Shown: positions 50,301-64,000 of the stretch, piece after piece
Layout: each line of letters begins with the position of its first letter
Position numbering within the stretch: the first letter of the stretch is position 1
Source: Bugula neritina
Lineage: Eukaryota > Animalia > Bryozoa
Reading direction: 5' to 3'
DNA: 64,000 nt
NCBI GenBank assembly: GCA_964035545.1
Contig: OZ037769.1
Location: 13,484,633-13,548,632 of the forward strand
Notes under the pieces: generated by a model
What the model saw: only the letters and a program-made list of their open reading frames with translations
What the model was told of the DNA's origin: nothing
Database searches by the model: none
Position numbers and translations under genes: made by a program

Positions 50301-52721
50301 AGGGAGCAGCTGTGGTCGAGGGGTTAAATCGTTAGCTTAGTAAACATGTAGTCATGGGTTCAAACCCAAAAAAGACCATTGATGATGTTAGGAAGAGCGT
50401 CCAGTCATAATTGCTCCTGTGCCTCATTTAAATAAGCCCTTAGCCCACTTTAACAAAAACCCATTCCATCAGGGGTTTCTCACAGGGATAGCGATTATAG
50501 ACTTGTATGAGTTTTTTATGCCATTACCTTTTAACATAGTTTTTGCCATAAACAAATTTAAGCCTTTTGAAAAACATTTACAATGTGTATACAATGTCAT
50601 TTTAAAAGTTATTTAAATAACAATGCTTGTATCATGAGCATGGTAGAGAGAATGAGAAACATACCATAGCAGCCACCTTCGTATCATACACAGTGGCCAC
50701 ATTGGCAGAGATGTAGTTCTCCCTACACAAAGGTGCTGACAATGCAAAGGCAGCTGAGCCTACTGTAGTTGATATAAACAAAGATATCACCTCGCATGCT
50801 TTAGCTTCTTCGTAATACCGGGTTGTCTGTTCACTGTAGCATAAAATCCAAAGATAGAGCAGTATTACCGTGGCTTTTAGATGAAATTACAAAAGTTGAA
50901 AAACTACCATTATTGAAATTATATTCGTTTGTTATTTAACTCAAATTCAACATGAATTCACCTACAGTAATCCTGCTTTCAAAATAAACTATAAAATCAC
51001 TGGTTATTCGAAGTCATAAATGCTAGCTTAACATTACTGGGTCATTTTACTTAATTCATTACACACTGGAAATCTCCAATTTTTAGCTATTTTTTACAAT
51101 TTAGCTGCTAATGAATATAAGTTTTTGCCCAAGACTAGTAAAATATCAATAAATACACCTAAATAATCCATGTTCTTTTTAGTTTTGCTTGATTTCCCAT
51201 GTTTTTTCCTAATGATTCAGCTACTTTCGATTGCGGACCGTTGCGGTTTTTTCGTAACGGTCCACAATCCATACTAGCTAAATAAATAGGAAAAAACATG
51301 AGAAATCAAACAAAATTAAAAAGAACCTGGATTATTTAGGTGTATTTATTGATATTTTACTAGTCTTGGGCAAAAACTTATGTTCATTAGCAGCTAAATT
51401 GTAAAAAATAGCTAAAGACTGGAGATTTCCAGTGTGTACTAAATTAAGTAAAATGACCCTACTAGTAAACGTTGGTATAGTTAGTTAGATTTTAGGATGT
51501 AACATTGATATATTGCATTTGATATAAATGTTAAGATTTAGTTTGTTATACTTGCTTGTCAGTACTAGCAGTATTAAAGTGTTATTAATTTTTTAATGCT
51601 ACTAATAATGAAAAACAAGCATAATATAAACTAAGTCTCGACATAAATACCTAACTGAATAATTATCAAAAATATGTTACATTCCAATCAAATGTTACTC
51701 CCAAAATATCTAATTAGGATTGAAGATTTTTTCTAGCAGAGAGCACAATAAAGGATAGCAAAGGTTTGGAGCAGTTGCCAAACTACCATTTTATTTAGTT
51801 TTATATATTAAATAAAATATATCATAAAATAAGCATTACAAGATAAAATATAGGTGCAGTTTAATTAGCGTAACACCACACTCCACATACAGCCATTTCA
51901 AATAAGCCGTATGTACTAACTGATACAAAAAATAATAAAATAAAAATATCATTAAGCTCTGTACAATCAATTAACCAGATTCTATAAATTTCATTAGTAT
52001 TATTATTGTAATTTACGTCACTATAACAGATGAGATTTACTTAGCCCGCTTTTAAAAAACCTTTCCACAAGGGTTTTATCACATTGATATTCACACTTAC
52101 TATAAACTCGCGTGAAATTATAACTACACATATAGGATATAAGTACAAGTACTAGCAGTACACTGTCACTAGTAGTAGCACTAAATCTCATCCTTTATAC
52201 TTATAGTGATGTAAAGTACTACCACATTTACTACTACTAGTAGCAGTAGTACTAACACTAAATCTAATACTAATAGTAATAGTAATACAATAGTAATAGT
52301 AGTAGTAGTACTACTACTACTACTACTCTAGTATATACTACAGTAATTAGTACTGAATATTACTAGTACTAGTACTAGCCAGTAGCCACTACTACTAATA
52401 CTTATACTAGTACTAGGTCCAGACTCTAGACCTTTACTTTTACTTTTAGCAGATCTACTTCACTCTTCAGTCTTCAAGCGACTAGTGTAAGTGTAACACA
52501 TCCATTAATTCCATTGCAATATCACAATGAACTTAAACCTTATAGGAGTTTATTCATCATAATTATGTTAACTTTAAGTAAATAGGAATATTGATATGGA
52601 TACGAGAAACTCACTTCTTTTTGTAAAGACGTTTCACGCGGTCAAAGGGCTTTTCCTGTGAAATATATTCACTCAATAAATCGCTATTAAACGTTTCTTT
52701 TAAGTTGTTCTGTTGAGCCAT
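47384..52721 (-). CDS. TIMMDC1: Tim17-family complex I assembly factor, TIMMDC1-like (234 aa); exons 52721-52615, 50833-50665, 50069-49981, 49233-49087, 48351-48250, 47474-47384
   Basis: Six phase-consistent GT-AG exons totalling 705 nt. Motifs FDRVKRLY, YISANVATVY, GGLKRFAKW and LELYR...HYTVSGVAVGTISRLILGPRAMLAGGFIGG resemble TIMMDC1/RP140-upstream. The gene model is firm; orthology is by recognition only. Confidence 0.72.
50302..50517 (+). mobile_element. tRNA-derived SINE, copy 3 (in TIMMDC1 intron 2)
   Basis: GGGAGCAGCTGTGGTCGAGGGGTTAA...GGGTTCAAACCC...AGGAAGAGCGTCCAGTC. Confidence 0.85.
51039..51459. mobile_element. MITE family copy C (long-palindrome form, 421 bp, TACT TSD)
   Basis: GGGTCATTTTACTTAAT...ATTAAGTAAAATGACCC with highly similar arms and TACT on both sides. 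Confidence 0.9.
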
Positions 52722-54861
52722 ATTTTCATCAAAGATATCATGTATTAGTATAACTCAGGAGAAAGATTCTACCATTGTGATTGTGTCTGTGATAGTATCA
52801 TTTAATTTGACTGGTGATACCCCTTTGCCGCACCGGGAGCCACAATCGCTATAAAACACCGACTACAAAAACGGAAACACAAACACAAGTAGTTAAACTG
52901 GACTCGTAAAATTTAGCTATTTTTACTTTTGAAAACGTTCGGAATTAACCCAAGTCTGATCACTCTAGCTTTGGGGGCACTTTTTAGTACCCCTGTTTCG
53001 GCCAATCTGAAGCGTTACTACATGTACTACTTCTAATACTAGTAAAATGGTACTTATAGTTCCTTAAATTATCCAAGTTTATGTTTATAATATAATAATT
53101 ATTCCATAGAACGAAAGAAAATACTTTAGGCTTATAACCATAAAGTTGATACTAATAGAGAATTGAAACAAATCACCTTAAACTAGCCTTGTTTAGTTAT
53201 TAAAGCCTAATTTTTTCCCATAAACCTAAACTTGAAGTTAAACTCATAAACTTGAAATTAAAGTAATACTAATAGTAATACTGTTAGTATTACTGTTACT
53301 TTTAGTATTACCTATAGGTATATGCACAAGTATGAAGGCTAATAGTAATTAAATTAGTAATTACTAACAATATGAGCAACACTTTGAGTTTGACTTTCAC
53401 AGACACTCACACGGTAACTCAAACTGTTGGTGTTAGTCTTAGTCATAGTGATAGTCATAGTGTAACACTAGCAGTGAGTGTAGCACTTACACCAAGAGTA
53501 GGAGTATGTCTAACTTTTGCCCACCAGGTCTAACAGTAACACTAACACACAGTAACTCAATCTAAAACTATAGTAATAGTAAGTTCAGGTGTCACAGTTG
53601 AGTAACACCCAGTCTCACACTGACACTGATTAGACATGATGATAATTATGATAATAAAAATTATAATAATTTATAAGACATAATGAGTATTATAGACTCA
53701 TAATGATTGCCATATGGATACTTATAGTCATAGTCATACTGATTAAATAATAATTATAATCGTAATGATTATCGATAGTAAATGTTTTCGAATATCATTT
53801 TGAGTATGACTATCACTATGAGCATCACTATTACTGTGAATGATACTTTGATACTGATAGTCGAAAAATTAGTGCTAACAGTAATAAATATTACTATGGG
53901 TTACTATAAGTATCAGTATGACTAAGCAAAGCAAAGTATTTAGCTGTTCAAATAAAAGAAGTTTAAATGTACTTTTAGTCGGAAATTTTTAAAAATGTTC
54001 AAATAAAATGTAAACATTACAAGTTAATATGACTCAATTCACTAGCCCCATTGGCAGTCAAACTCACTGCATTAATTTCAATGTGGAGCACTGTTGCATT
54101 TAGATCAACAAAATCAGATGAATCTATATAAAGTAAATATTGTATTGTAAAATAGTTTACTTGGTCACTTTGGTTTATTCTGTAAGTGCATGCATATACG
54201 TCCAGCTACACAGCACAAATATTACAGTTACTATTAACAAACTGGTAATTTTATTATTTTGACTGCTACTAATTTAATATCATAATAATTCACTAAACTA
54301 GAGCTAGTCATTTTAGAGTTATATTCTATACACTGATAAAACAAGAGTAGTTAAAGTTGTTGGTCTATTGTACTAGTTACCACACACTCTGCAATTCTCA
54401 CTCTGTTGGCAAAAGCTGTTGATGATGTTTTGTCCCCTATCCTTACTAACGCTACAAATTTACAGTTTAGGCATCGCTACCACACCCATTTATTTTGTTG
54501 CTTAGTTAGCTTTCAGTTCAACATTTAGAGTACTATTTATTGACAGTTTCACGACGAAAATGGTTTTTTATATTTACTATCTGTAATTGTCTGTAATTAA
54601 CTCCGTTCATGTCTACTTATTGACAAACAACCCTACTATTTTATAATATTCATCAGTATATTTAATATATAAAATTCCTAATATTTTAGTTTTTAACAGT
54701 ATGATAGTCAGCTAGTCTGTGGGTAGAGTTTTAGGCTTTCCTTTAATAATTGCCTACTGAAAAGTATAGATGTATTTGTAGAAATTGTAGAGATTTATAT
54801 TACTATTTTTAGATTTTTGCAATGTAGATTTCCTAGTTTATTTTCCAGACTGAAGAGCGTC

Positions 54862-55914
54862 ATGTCCAAACCTGTAGATAACTCGGCTCGTTCCCAGATT
54901 CAGCAGGACTGGGCTAACCGAGAATATGTGGAAGTTATCACAACCAGCATTAAGCGCATCACTGACTTTCTAAACTCCTTTGGTACACTGTTACTGGTTT
55001 TCAAATTTTCTTTTGCAAATTGACAACTTATACATGTCTATTGTAGTTAACTAGAAATGCAATTCCATGCTGTTTAATCCAATTTTGGTTCCATCAAAAT
55101 GCTTGATTTTGTAATTTTTGTATATCATGATTTTTAATGTTGTCAAATATGCAGAAAGTCTTATTATTTAGGTAGATAACTAACAAATTATCTTGGCTAA
55201 GAAGTGAGTGGTTTTTATTAACCCCATTTTGATGTTGTTACAGATTTATCGTGTAGATCTCGGTTAGCCAATCTCAATGATCGACTCAACTACCTGGAGA
55301 AAAAAGTGGATTATATTGAAGCTAGTGTAAGTTTTTTTAGCATTCTCTTTTCACTCTTGACCAATTGAATAAGGAATTAAAATATTAGTAATTTGCATGT
55401 AAAAAATGTGCCTATAATTTTATGGTTTGATAATGAAAGAAGCTTTTAGTATATTCTAGAATTATGTAATAGCTTAAAGTTTCTTATTGCACTTCTACCT
55501 AATAGTCAACCCTTAGTAAACGATACTAAATTATTTTGTGGAGTCAAATTTAAATGATTTCTTCAACTAAAAAACAGTTTAGCTCCTAAGCAGTGATTTT
55601 TGACGATAAAATTTATTTTTAGCACCTTTAATCTCTTAGTCGTCAAAATTTTAAATTTTTCATTGTAAATTTTTTTATTGTAAACTTGGTGTTTCAAATT
55701 TATTAATTCTTCTTGATTTCAGCTGTTGGTGTTTTAGTGATGGTCACATTGTCGTAATATTTATTATCAGCTCTGTATCAAGCTTATTCATACATTTAGG
55801 AATTGTTTTCTCTCTAATTTACTCAACTGCCTACTAATCAAATTATGCTATAAACATTAAAATATTTGAATACTCAATTTTCTCTTTTAGGTAGCCAAGC
55901 AGACCTCCACATAG
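54862..55914 (+). CDS. BRK1: BRICK1/HSPC300, WAVE complex subunit (75 aa); exons 54862-54982, 55244-55326, 55891-55914
   Basis: [57 protein letters not shown], with canonical splice sites. Confidence 0.96.
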
Positions 55915-56596
55915 TTTCACCTGATTGAGTAGTTCTAACACTGATGGATTTAGTTAAAAGGAGATAATGAGTCATATTTTGTTATTTGTATATACAGCTG
56001 TTTGTTCACTATTTTTATGAGCAGTTCCTACTTTTTTACAGTTTGCCTAGCACTTGTGAAGCTATCAATAACATTCTTTGCTAGTATTATTAGCTTGAAA
56101 GACTATTGGAATTGTATATATTAGCCTATGGTTATATTTATTTATTTTTGTCTACATAATGATTATGTTGACAGACTTTGGTGGACTTTAAATGCAACAA
56201 TAATAATAATGATAGTTCAAAAGCAGTGGTACTGCTATTGTTTAATATTATGTTGCTGTACTAAATTCAGTTTTATTTACCATTCATGTCACCTGTTACC
56301 AATAATACATAGTTGCAACTGTGATGATGTTTCAAGTATATTACTACTCTGATAGCTTAGTTGTAGATGAAACAGTTGTAAGCAATGCTTGTTGCAACTT
56401 TTTTAAAAATAAAATTTATAAGATGTTTTGACCAGTTTTAAATTCATAAGCAGCCATGGTATGCAATAAAACCAGTAAATCAAAAACTTTATATATAGCT
56501 GATGTGGGTGAATGAATTAGTTGCGAAGTATTGAGCCAAAACAAATATTAATGGACAATAACTAAATTGTCAACTTCACATTAGTAGAAAAAAAGA

Positions 56597-56668
56597 AGCC
56601 CCCAGTGGGGTTTGAACCCACGACCCCTGCTTTACGAGAGCAGTGCTCTGCCACTGAGCTATAGAGGC
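56597..56668 (-). tRNA. tRNA-Thr(CGT)
   Basis: Cloverleaf: GCCTCTA/TGGGGGC acceptor stem, CTGCT-CTCGTAA-AGCAG anticodon arm, GTTCAAAC T-loop, followed by a T7 Pol III terminator. Confidence 0.93.
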
Positions 56669-58653
56669 TTGACGCGTAATTTGTAGCGTATCACTATTTT
56701 TATCAGTAACCGTTGCCGCAAATACATTTTAGTAACAAAGAGAGACTACAATGGTGTTATTATTGTGCAGCGGTGAGTAGTTGACTTACAATATATTGTT
56801 CATGGCCAGAGAAAATTTTTATGAAATGGTGTAAAAACAGTATTGTATTACGAATTAATATTATTCAAGTTAAATAATTGTATTGATAGCAAAAACCAGT
56901 CACTTAGAAGCTCCCCTCGGCCATATAGAGTGCAACTGTGTGCATAGTACATAGCTCTAATTAGGTACTATTCGATAATTAACTATTATTATTATTATTA
57001 TTATTATTTAGGCAATAGCCACTTTTGATTCGGATGACTTTAAATTTTGTATCTGATGAATATAATATGGCATTGATAAATAAAATCTAATAAACCTGAC
57101 CATTGATATTTAGCAATTTTTAAACTCATTGAACCAATAACAGCCATCGTATGTAGTAAATAAATATTTAAACAAAAGGGATACTAATATCATATATGCA
57201 TATAAATAGATGTCAACATTAGAATAAGATATATCAAATAGATGAGTAATGTAGCATTAGCTTATAGTCAAGGGCATTGCTCTGCATACAAAACCACATT
57301 AATTGATATAGTTCCACTGCAACTAACCTATTGCATGAATGGCAGTGAAGCTACTATTATTTTTAAATGATCCTAATCACACACGTGCGTGCTGCGTGCG
57401 CATATGTATTACTATTAGTGAATTGTCACAAAACATAAAGACTGGGAGGCTTTATATTAAATTACAAGCAATTTAATATCAGTGAAAGCCGAAGTGTTAT
57501 AAAACAGAAGATCTACAAGCTATGATTGTATTGATATACGAAACAAAGGTATACGTTGATAACTAGGCTTATTTTTGTAGCCTATGGCACAGCCCTTTGG
57601 TAATATACTACAATACTTCAACCTAGAATGTGGTCATGTTTTAAAATCTAGAGGACTGAATGTGGAGATAGAGCTAAGATTGTATATAAAGAAAACCATC
57701 AAACAGTTTTTGTAGATCAAAGTAGCCTTTTAGGCTGCAAGTAGGGGAGGGGGCTGCTTGTAGAATTCCCATTGATCTTCAGAGACATAAGCTAGATGGG
57801 GGTGACTCAGCTATTCCCTAAACAACCTGGAAGTCTAAAAGCTGTGCTGCTAATCTTCCGGAAACACCTGATCTTTATAATTTACATCTGTAAGCAGATT
57901 GTCAAACAAATTGGCAAATATCACTCAATAGATTTTTAAAAAAAATAATTTAAAACGTCACCTTCATGTAAATTTACTTTTCATGAGCTTGGTAGAAAAA
58001 AACTACAATGATATATTATGTGGAAGAAAACTAACTGATTATGATTGCTGTGTGTATATATATTATTATAAATGAATCTTATATAATTCATTAGTTGTGT
58101 ATTTCAAGTTTACAAAGCAATACATTCTTTTAATTGCTAGCTTACAGACAATTATTTGTATTTCAGAAATAATCAAGTGTTTCACCATATATTTTTATAC
58201 ATGCTGAAAATTGCATTGTGGTACTAATCAAGTTTCATTACTTTACTGAGCTTTAATATTGAAATATAAATCAAAGTTTATAATACTGTAGTTTATAAGG
58301 GTGTACATTAGTTACTTTAAAGGTGAGCTTGCACCATGAATAAAAAAATTGGAACGTGATAAAAGAATACATACATTTCCTAAAACCAAAGAATACTATT
58401 TGATATATAAAAAATAGATAATTTTAACAGGAAGCAAAAGACATCATAATATTTACACCACTCAGTTTTTTGCAAAAAGTATGGCATTTTTAAAAGTGCA
58501 TGTTTTTCATTTGTTGAATCAACCTTTAAACTGCATGTATTATGAAACAATACACCACAGAAATGATAATTTAACGAGTTTGTACTATTCTTTATTAGAC
58601 TCTTTCTAACCAATCAAAATATACTTCAGCTTTGATCAGTAAACATACTCATT

Positions 58654-58667
58654 GTTGCCATAGAAAC
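58654..58667. promoter_or_regulatory. RFX X-box-like motif
   Basis: GTTGCCATAGAAAC, flanked by forkhead-type GTAAACA and TGTTTAC. Confidence 0.5.
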
Positions 58668-61600
58668 AAGAGTTGTTTACAAAGATCAATGCCCAGAAGG
58701 AAAAGAGACAATTGTAACACGTTTCTGTTGGAGCTGAGTTGGTAGGTGATACTCACTGCTTTGTTAACGCTGGTTTGAGAGAAATATTACCTTCTACTTC
58801 TAAATCTGAACTAACTAAGGCAAATCTTGCAGGTAAAACTACTTAGTGATATCGTACATACTTATATTTAATCAGTAAACCATTTTTAATTTAGGCATTT
58901 GCCAAAAAGCTGGAATTACCGAAATTAAAAATTAGTTGTAACTCTTTTTGCAATAAAACAATTTTAGTTACACAGATTTTCCATCTTGCTGATATCATCA
59001 ATATTGCATATTAAAAGATTTCCTAGCCTGAAAATATAACTGAAAGCAGTTATATTTTTATTAAACTTTGATCCCGGATCTTTGCTAGAAAAACAATAAC
59101 ATATAGCATATAAGATGAAGAAGTTAAGTCAATAAAACCTCACTCTAATATTATGTTAAAACCATCGTAAACTTTTAAAGCAGATTAATGGCCACCAAAC
59201 TGCTCTTCATCTTTTCCCTCATTTATTCCGATCTTTGTCAATGTCATTATAGTAGCGGTTTATTTTCCTACATTGTTTTTCACTTCACAGTAATTAGCAG
59301 CTTGCACTGGCGGATGTAATCACTTTGCTGGGTGTGAATATTATGACTTTAAGCCTTTGGTGTTATATCTATTCTCAACATGAAATGAAAATACAACTTT
59401 TATAGCCTTATTATTTTAGATACCTATGAACTTACTTTCACTATTTTTACAACTACAGCTACAACAGTTTTTAAAATATATAAAAATACGTTTTAATAGC
59501 ACACGATGCTGACAGTTTATAAGAATGTTAGAAAAATTGTGATAACTAGTATAGTTGAACATATTTTGCCAAAATTTCACTAATTGGGAATTAATGCTTT
59601 GCACAATTCATTAGTTCAAAAAATTAGTCAAATCTTGGTGAGTTATAAACAAATAGGAACATTGCTCAAAGTTCTTTTTTCACATCTCTAGCTATTTCTA
59701 ATTTCTAAAGTCAAAAAATAGTATTTATATTAGCTTTACAACTGCATGTTTACAAATTTGCTGTAATATTCTTCCATTCCATCTATTTCTTAAATAACTG
59801 CTTGTTGTAGCATTCAGCACTCAACTTATACTACAGCGTTTACCATCTCTGTTGAACAATTCACACTTCGCTGCATATAAAGATAGGTAAGGTATGATGT
59901 CATACTGTGAACAAGGTTTATCCAAGTCTCAGGCTCAGAATCCGGGTTGTGCTAGAGAATTAGTTGTAAATGGTTTCTATTCATCGGATAGAACTTGCAG
60001 TTTAATGTTTTAAATTACCTATTAAAGTTGAAATTAAAAAGGTTAATTACTGTTTTTTAAAATCATATTTCTCCGGAAATTAATCTTACAGCAGACACAT
60101 TTGATAAAATGTATATTGCTAGTGCAATCTATATCCTTTTTTATAGGTATTAAACTTTACTTCTAAAAACAAAATGTGTTTTATTTATACACTGTTCTAC
60201 ATTAGATTAATTTGAAATTTTTTAAGTCAAATCTAAGCTCTAAACTCTTACTAATTATTGATTAATCATGTTAGATTGTTTGTATGAATCCCAATTTCCT
60301 CAACAGCAAGTTTTTTACTTTATAACAGCCGTGTATCATGTATTTTCACACCTTTACATTTAACAAATGGCTTTAGTAGGTTTATGCACAGGTGCTGCTA
60401 GATAAATTATACAAATATATCGTGTCATGTTGTATTGATATATACTAAATGACATATAATTATACTGCATGCCTTGTTTGGGAAAGATCAAAGTTATGCA
60501 ATGAGCATTGAACATGAAAATATGCAAATGAGCTGCTGTAATGTATTCAAACCGAACTAGTAATGTTTTTAATGTCACAGTAGATGGTTTGTAGTAGGAA
60601 TACTAATGTAATGCATCCATGCTTAGTATAATATTCAGTATGTTCTAGGTAGACGGCACACTCACAGAAGTGTTTCACGTAGAGTTATGAGGATTTTCTA
60701 TCAATATGCATTTACCGTAATTGTCTGTATGACCTTCTCCCCAGCTAGTTCACAGATAAATACCAACTTCCTTGAACCAAGTAAGTGCATGTGTTATGTA
60801 ACCAAATGTTATTATATGATTATGTATTGTGTCAATACTGGAAATCTTTACCAGCAGCTGATTATATTAATCTAACCATATTTGTATACACATGTATGCT
60901 CTACGACTATTTTTGTTTAGGAAAAATCTTTTTTTTTAATTTGCTGCTAGTTTAACTCAGCAGCATGGCAGAAAAATGATGGCATACAAGTAGTACTGCG
61001 AAGGTGTGCTCTTTTCTGTAGCATAAGTACAAGGTCCATCGTAGCAGCAGGTGGTTTATGGTTTAGTAGTATTTTATTAAATCTTAAATGATGTCATAAA
61101 TGGCAACTGAAAATGCTAATGAATAAAACAGGTAAAATTGTGATAAAAGAATTTAACATGCTGAAAGTTATCTTTGAAAAAATGTAGTATTATGTTATGA
61201 ACCGATGCAGGTGTTGGCAATTAAAATTGAAAGACAGCAAAATATACATACTAAAATATATTTCATATATTATCTGATTGGCTTAACATAGCAGCTCTGC
61301 CAACTTTAGCACCAGACTGACCATGGTTAGGCAAATGAACTTGATATCCAACTTACAGACATTTTTATTGGGCTTAAATATTTTTACAAAGTATATTTTT
61401 ATGTAGAACCTATCCATAACTTGGGACAAACTTTAAAGCAAATAGATAAGTTATATGGTTAGTGGTAATATTAAAAGTTGCAAAATAATATTTATATGAT
61501 AGCTTAATATGAATCACATTATTTTATTACTGGTTTAAGCACAAACAACATGTATCAACATAAGGTCATGCCCTCTGTGTAATGTTTCCCACAGCAGTGT

Positions 61601-62604
61601 GTTTGTTTGGCGGTACAACAGAAAAAGCTAGCCGTAAGTTGTACAATGCTATACTTAGTCATAATATGTATTCTGGCGGCTTTACAAAAATTTCATTTTA
61701 TCGCAGTACGTTTACGGTGAGTTTCAGCTTGTAAAATGCATGCAGGCTGCAACTAGTAGAAGCGAGTTCAATATAGAAACGTGCAAATTGCAAGCATTGC
61801 TAGCTTTACCAAAGTTGACATTGTGAGAACTTATAGCTGAACGCTATATTTTTCTTAGCTCCACCTTGACCTATGAAAATCTCTAACACTGCCGTAACGT
61901 GTTTACAAGTGCTGATTGTAACGTAGGCTAGACTGTAATGAAAACAATGGTAAATACTCAATTTTTCAATCTGCTTAAGCTTGTTAATTATTTTTACGTT
62001 GGATCTTAACATGATGATTTATTTCATGCTATATAAATAATTTCGAAAAAATATATCTTCAAACTGCATCTTTATGACTATATTTCAGATAAAAAGAGGC
62101 CTAGTAAAATGATTTGAATTTATACTTTTGATTTTGTTTTTATGACGTTGCTGGTATAATAAAATTTGATATGTATAATATTCATTTACAGCATTTATAT
62201 ATTATATAGCTAGTAAATATCATATTTTCTAAATCTCTGGCATTTTTCTACCAGTATATGAGTTGACTCATAGCTGAAATATTGATATTGTTAGAAGATC
62301 ATCAATTTTGAAAATTAGTACTTAAAAGTTTATTTATTTTTTAAACAACAAGTCATGAAACAAACAACAGTGTACTGCAAGTTTATGCTTGTATATTAAA
62401 CAGAAACTTAATACGACATGTTGACGAGCAACTTTTCATTAGCCTAGCAAATCTGAATATATACTAAAACACTGGCTTATGATACAGCTTCCTCTGAGAT
62501 AGTAATTGCTATAGAGGATGGTAAATAACATAATAACAATTAAATTGTGCAGTGACAAATGTTGTGCATAATTAGGCTGATAAACCATCTACCTGTGAAA
62601 CAGA

Positions 62605-62618
62605 GTTACCATGGCAAC
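62605..62618. promoter_or_regulatory. RFX X-box motif
   Basis: GTTACCATGGCAAC, a consensus X-box. Confidence 0.55.
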
Positions 62619-64000
62619 AAGCTATGTAGCCATGGAACCAAACATCTCTCCAGCTAGCATTCAATGCATAAAACTAGTTCAAATCCTAAGGCATCAACTT
62701 TTTTATTTTTTGTTTTGATACCCATGAGCTTAATTGATGAGAAATTTTTTTATAGTTTTTTGGAACTCTAATAGAGAGCTTACTTAGCATCCACCTGGTA
62801 AATCTCTTTCGAATTTAAAGCATTTAGTATTTTGATGACATTGTAGTTAATAACATTTTGCGTGTGTAGTCATAAATACTATATATAGCCTTAAAATAGA
62901 TAAATACTTTATTCATAGAATAAACAGATCCATCAGAAATCTAACTGTATGGCTGAAGGAAATGTTATATTTAGAATCAGTAGACCTAGGAATATCTATG
63001 GTCACCTTTGGTCACCTTTCACCGCCGTGGTCCTGCGCAGGTGGAATATCTAAGGATATGAAATAATGTTTATATAGCGGTAACAGATCTTCAATTACAA
63101 TTACCATTATACAATGTTACGCTGAAAGCCAATGTCTAAAATATCCCGTTACAGTCTATAAAATATTTTGCAGTTGTCTAGAATGTTCCATGGTTGATCA
63201 CTATAAGCTAAACCTTACATGAAGGCTAGCTATAAGCATTTTAATAAATAAACTGTCACAATAGCCAGGAAATTAATGTGCATTGTGTATTGGGGATTAT
63301 AGATTTACCATTGATATATAATAGACAGCCAGATACTATAATACTTTGGTGACCAGATGACAAACAATGATAACCTCCTTGGATTAATACTATAAAATAA
63401 ACATATTCCTTCCTCCAACCTAATCACTTCTCGTAAACTGATTCTGATGAGAATCACCTCATCAAACCCTTCAGATTAACAAATAACAGATTAGCCAACG
63501 TCTGCAGCGTGGGACAGACTAGCACTAATCTATTTCAAGTGTGGGACACTCAGTAGGTAAATAAACCAAATGAAACTTTATTAGTGCAGCTGTGCTTGTT
63601 AATTAGCAAAATTGTGTTTCTGTCTTACCATGCTTAGCTTCCAGAGATGGGAAAACTGTAACTAGAACAAAACAACCAACATTGGCAAATAAAAAACTGG
63701 TGCTTACATCAAACAAATACTTGAAAAAGTTATTGTTCAAGACTGCAAAAATTTAGTAATATTCAATAAATGTCTATATATTCATTAAATATTATTTATT
63801 TATGTTTAACCATATATATGATAGGCCTATTTATTTGAGTGGTTTTTACAAGTTGAGTACATTATTGCACTACATGCAGTATTCTACCTTATGTAGAAAG
63901 TATTGCATATATATGTATGTTATTTCACTGCAGTACATTTATGTTGATTGTGAATAATGCTATTATATACAAAATATTAATTATAGAAAAATCTAATTTC

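Noticed and set aside
58318-58528. TTAA-flanked AGGT...ACCT segment as a Kolobok MITE
   Set aside because: The inverted match is only 4-5 bp, which is chance level.
63443-63465. CTGATGAG hairpin as a second hammerhead
   Set aside because: No GAAA or stem III follows. The other CTGATGA hits I checked also lack the core.

Overview
Eukaryotic, AT-rich genomic DNA with spliceosomal introns, probably from an invertebrate; the species cannot be determined from the sequence. Bases 1-20 kb are a nested transposon cluster. A decayed Kolobok-type DNA transposon has a spliced THAP + DDE transposase on the minus strand and a convergent KolX/P2X7-ballast-like gene on the plus strand. It hosts a complete Ty3/Gypsy LTR retrotransposon (10155-17378, 578-bp LTRs, ATAG target-site duplication) in a transposase intron. 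A second, related Gypsy (1-6366, minus strand, runs off the window) lies directly upstream of the KolX exons. Both Gypsy elements have a tRNA-Leu primer-binding site and a clear -1 frameshift signal (slippery heptamer plus stem). The left one lacks a Gag zinc knuckle but has an extra post-pol ORF with a C2H2 zinc finger that the ORF track missed. Bases 20-47 kb contain small spliced coiled-coil and ankyrin genes, a truncated CR1/L2-group LINE, tRNA-derived SINEs, a ~423-bp MITE family with 4-bp TSDs, solo-LTR candidates, a long palindrome and a minimal type I hammerhead ribozyme. Bases 47-57 kb contain a TIMMDC1-like gene and BRK1 arranged head-to-head, then tRNA-Thr(CGT). Two RFX X-box motifs lie at about 58.7 and 62.6 kb. 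All family assignments come from motif recognition by eye, not database searches.
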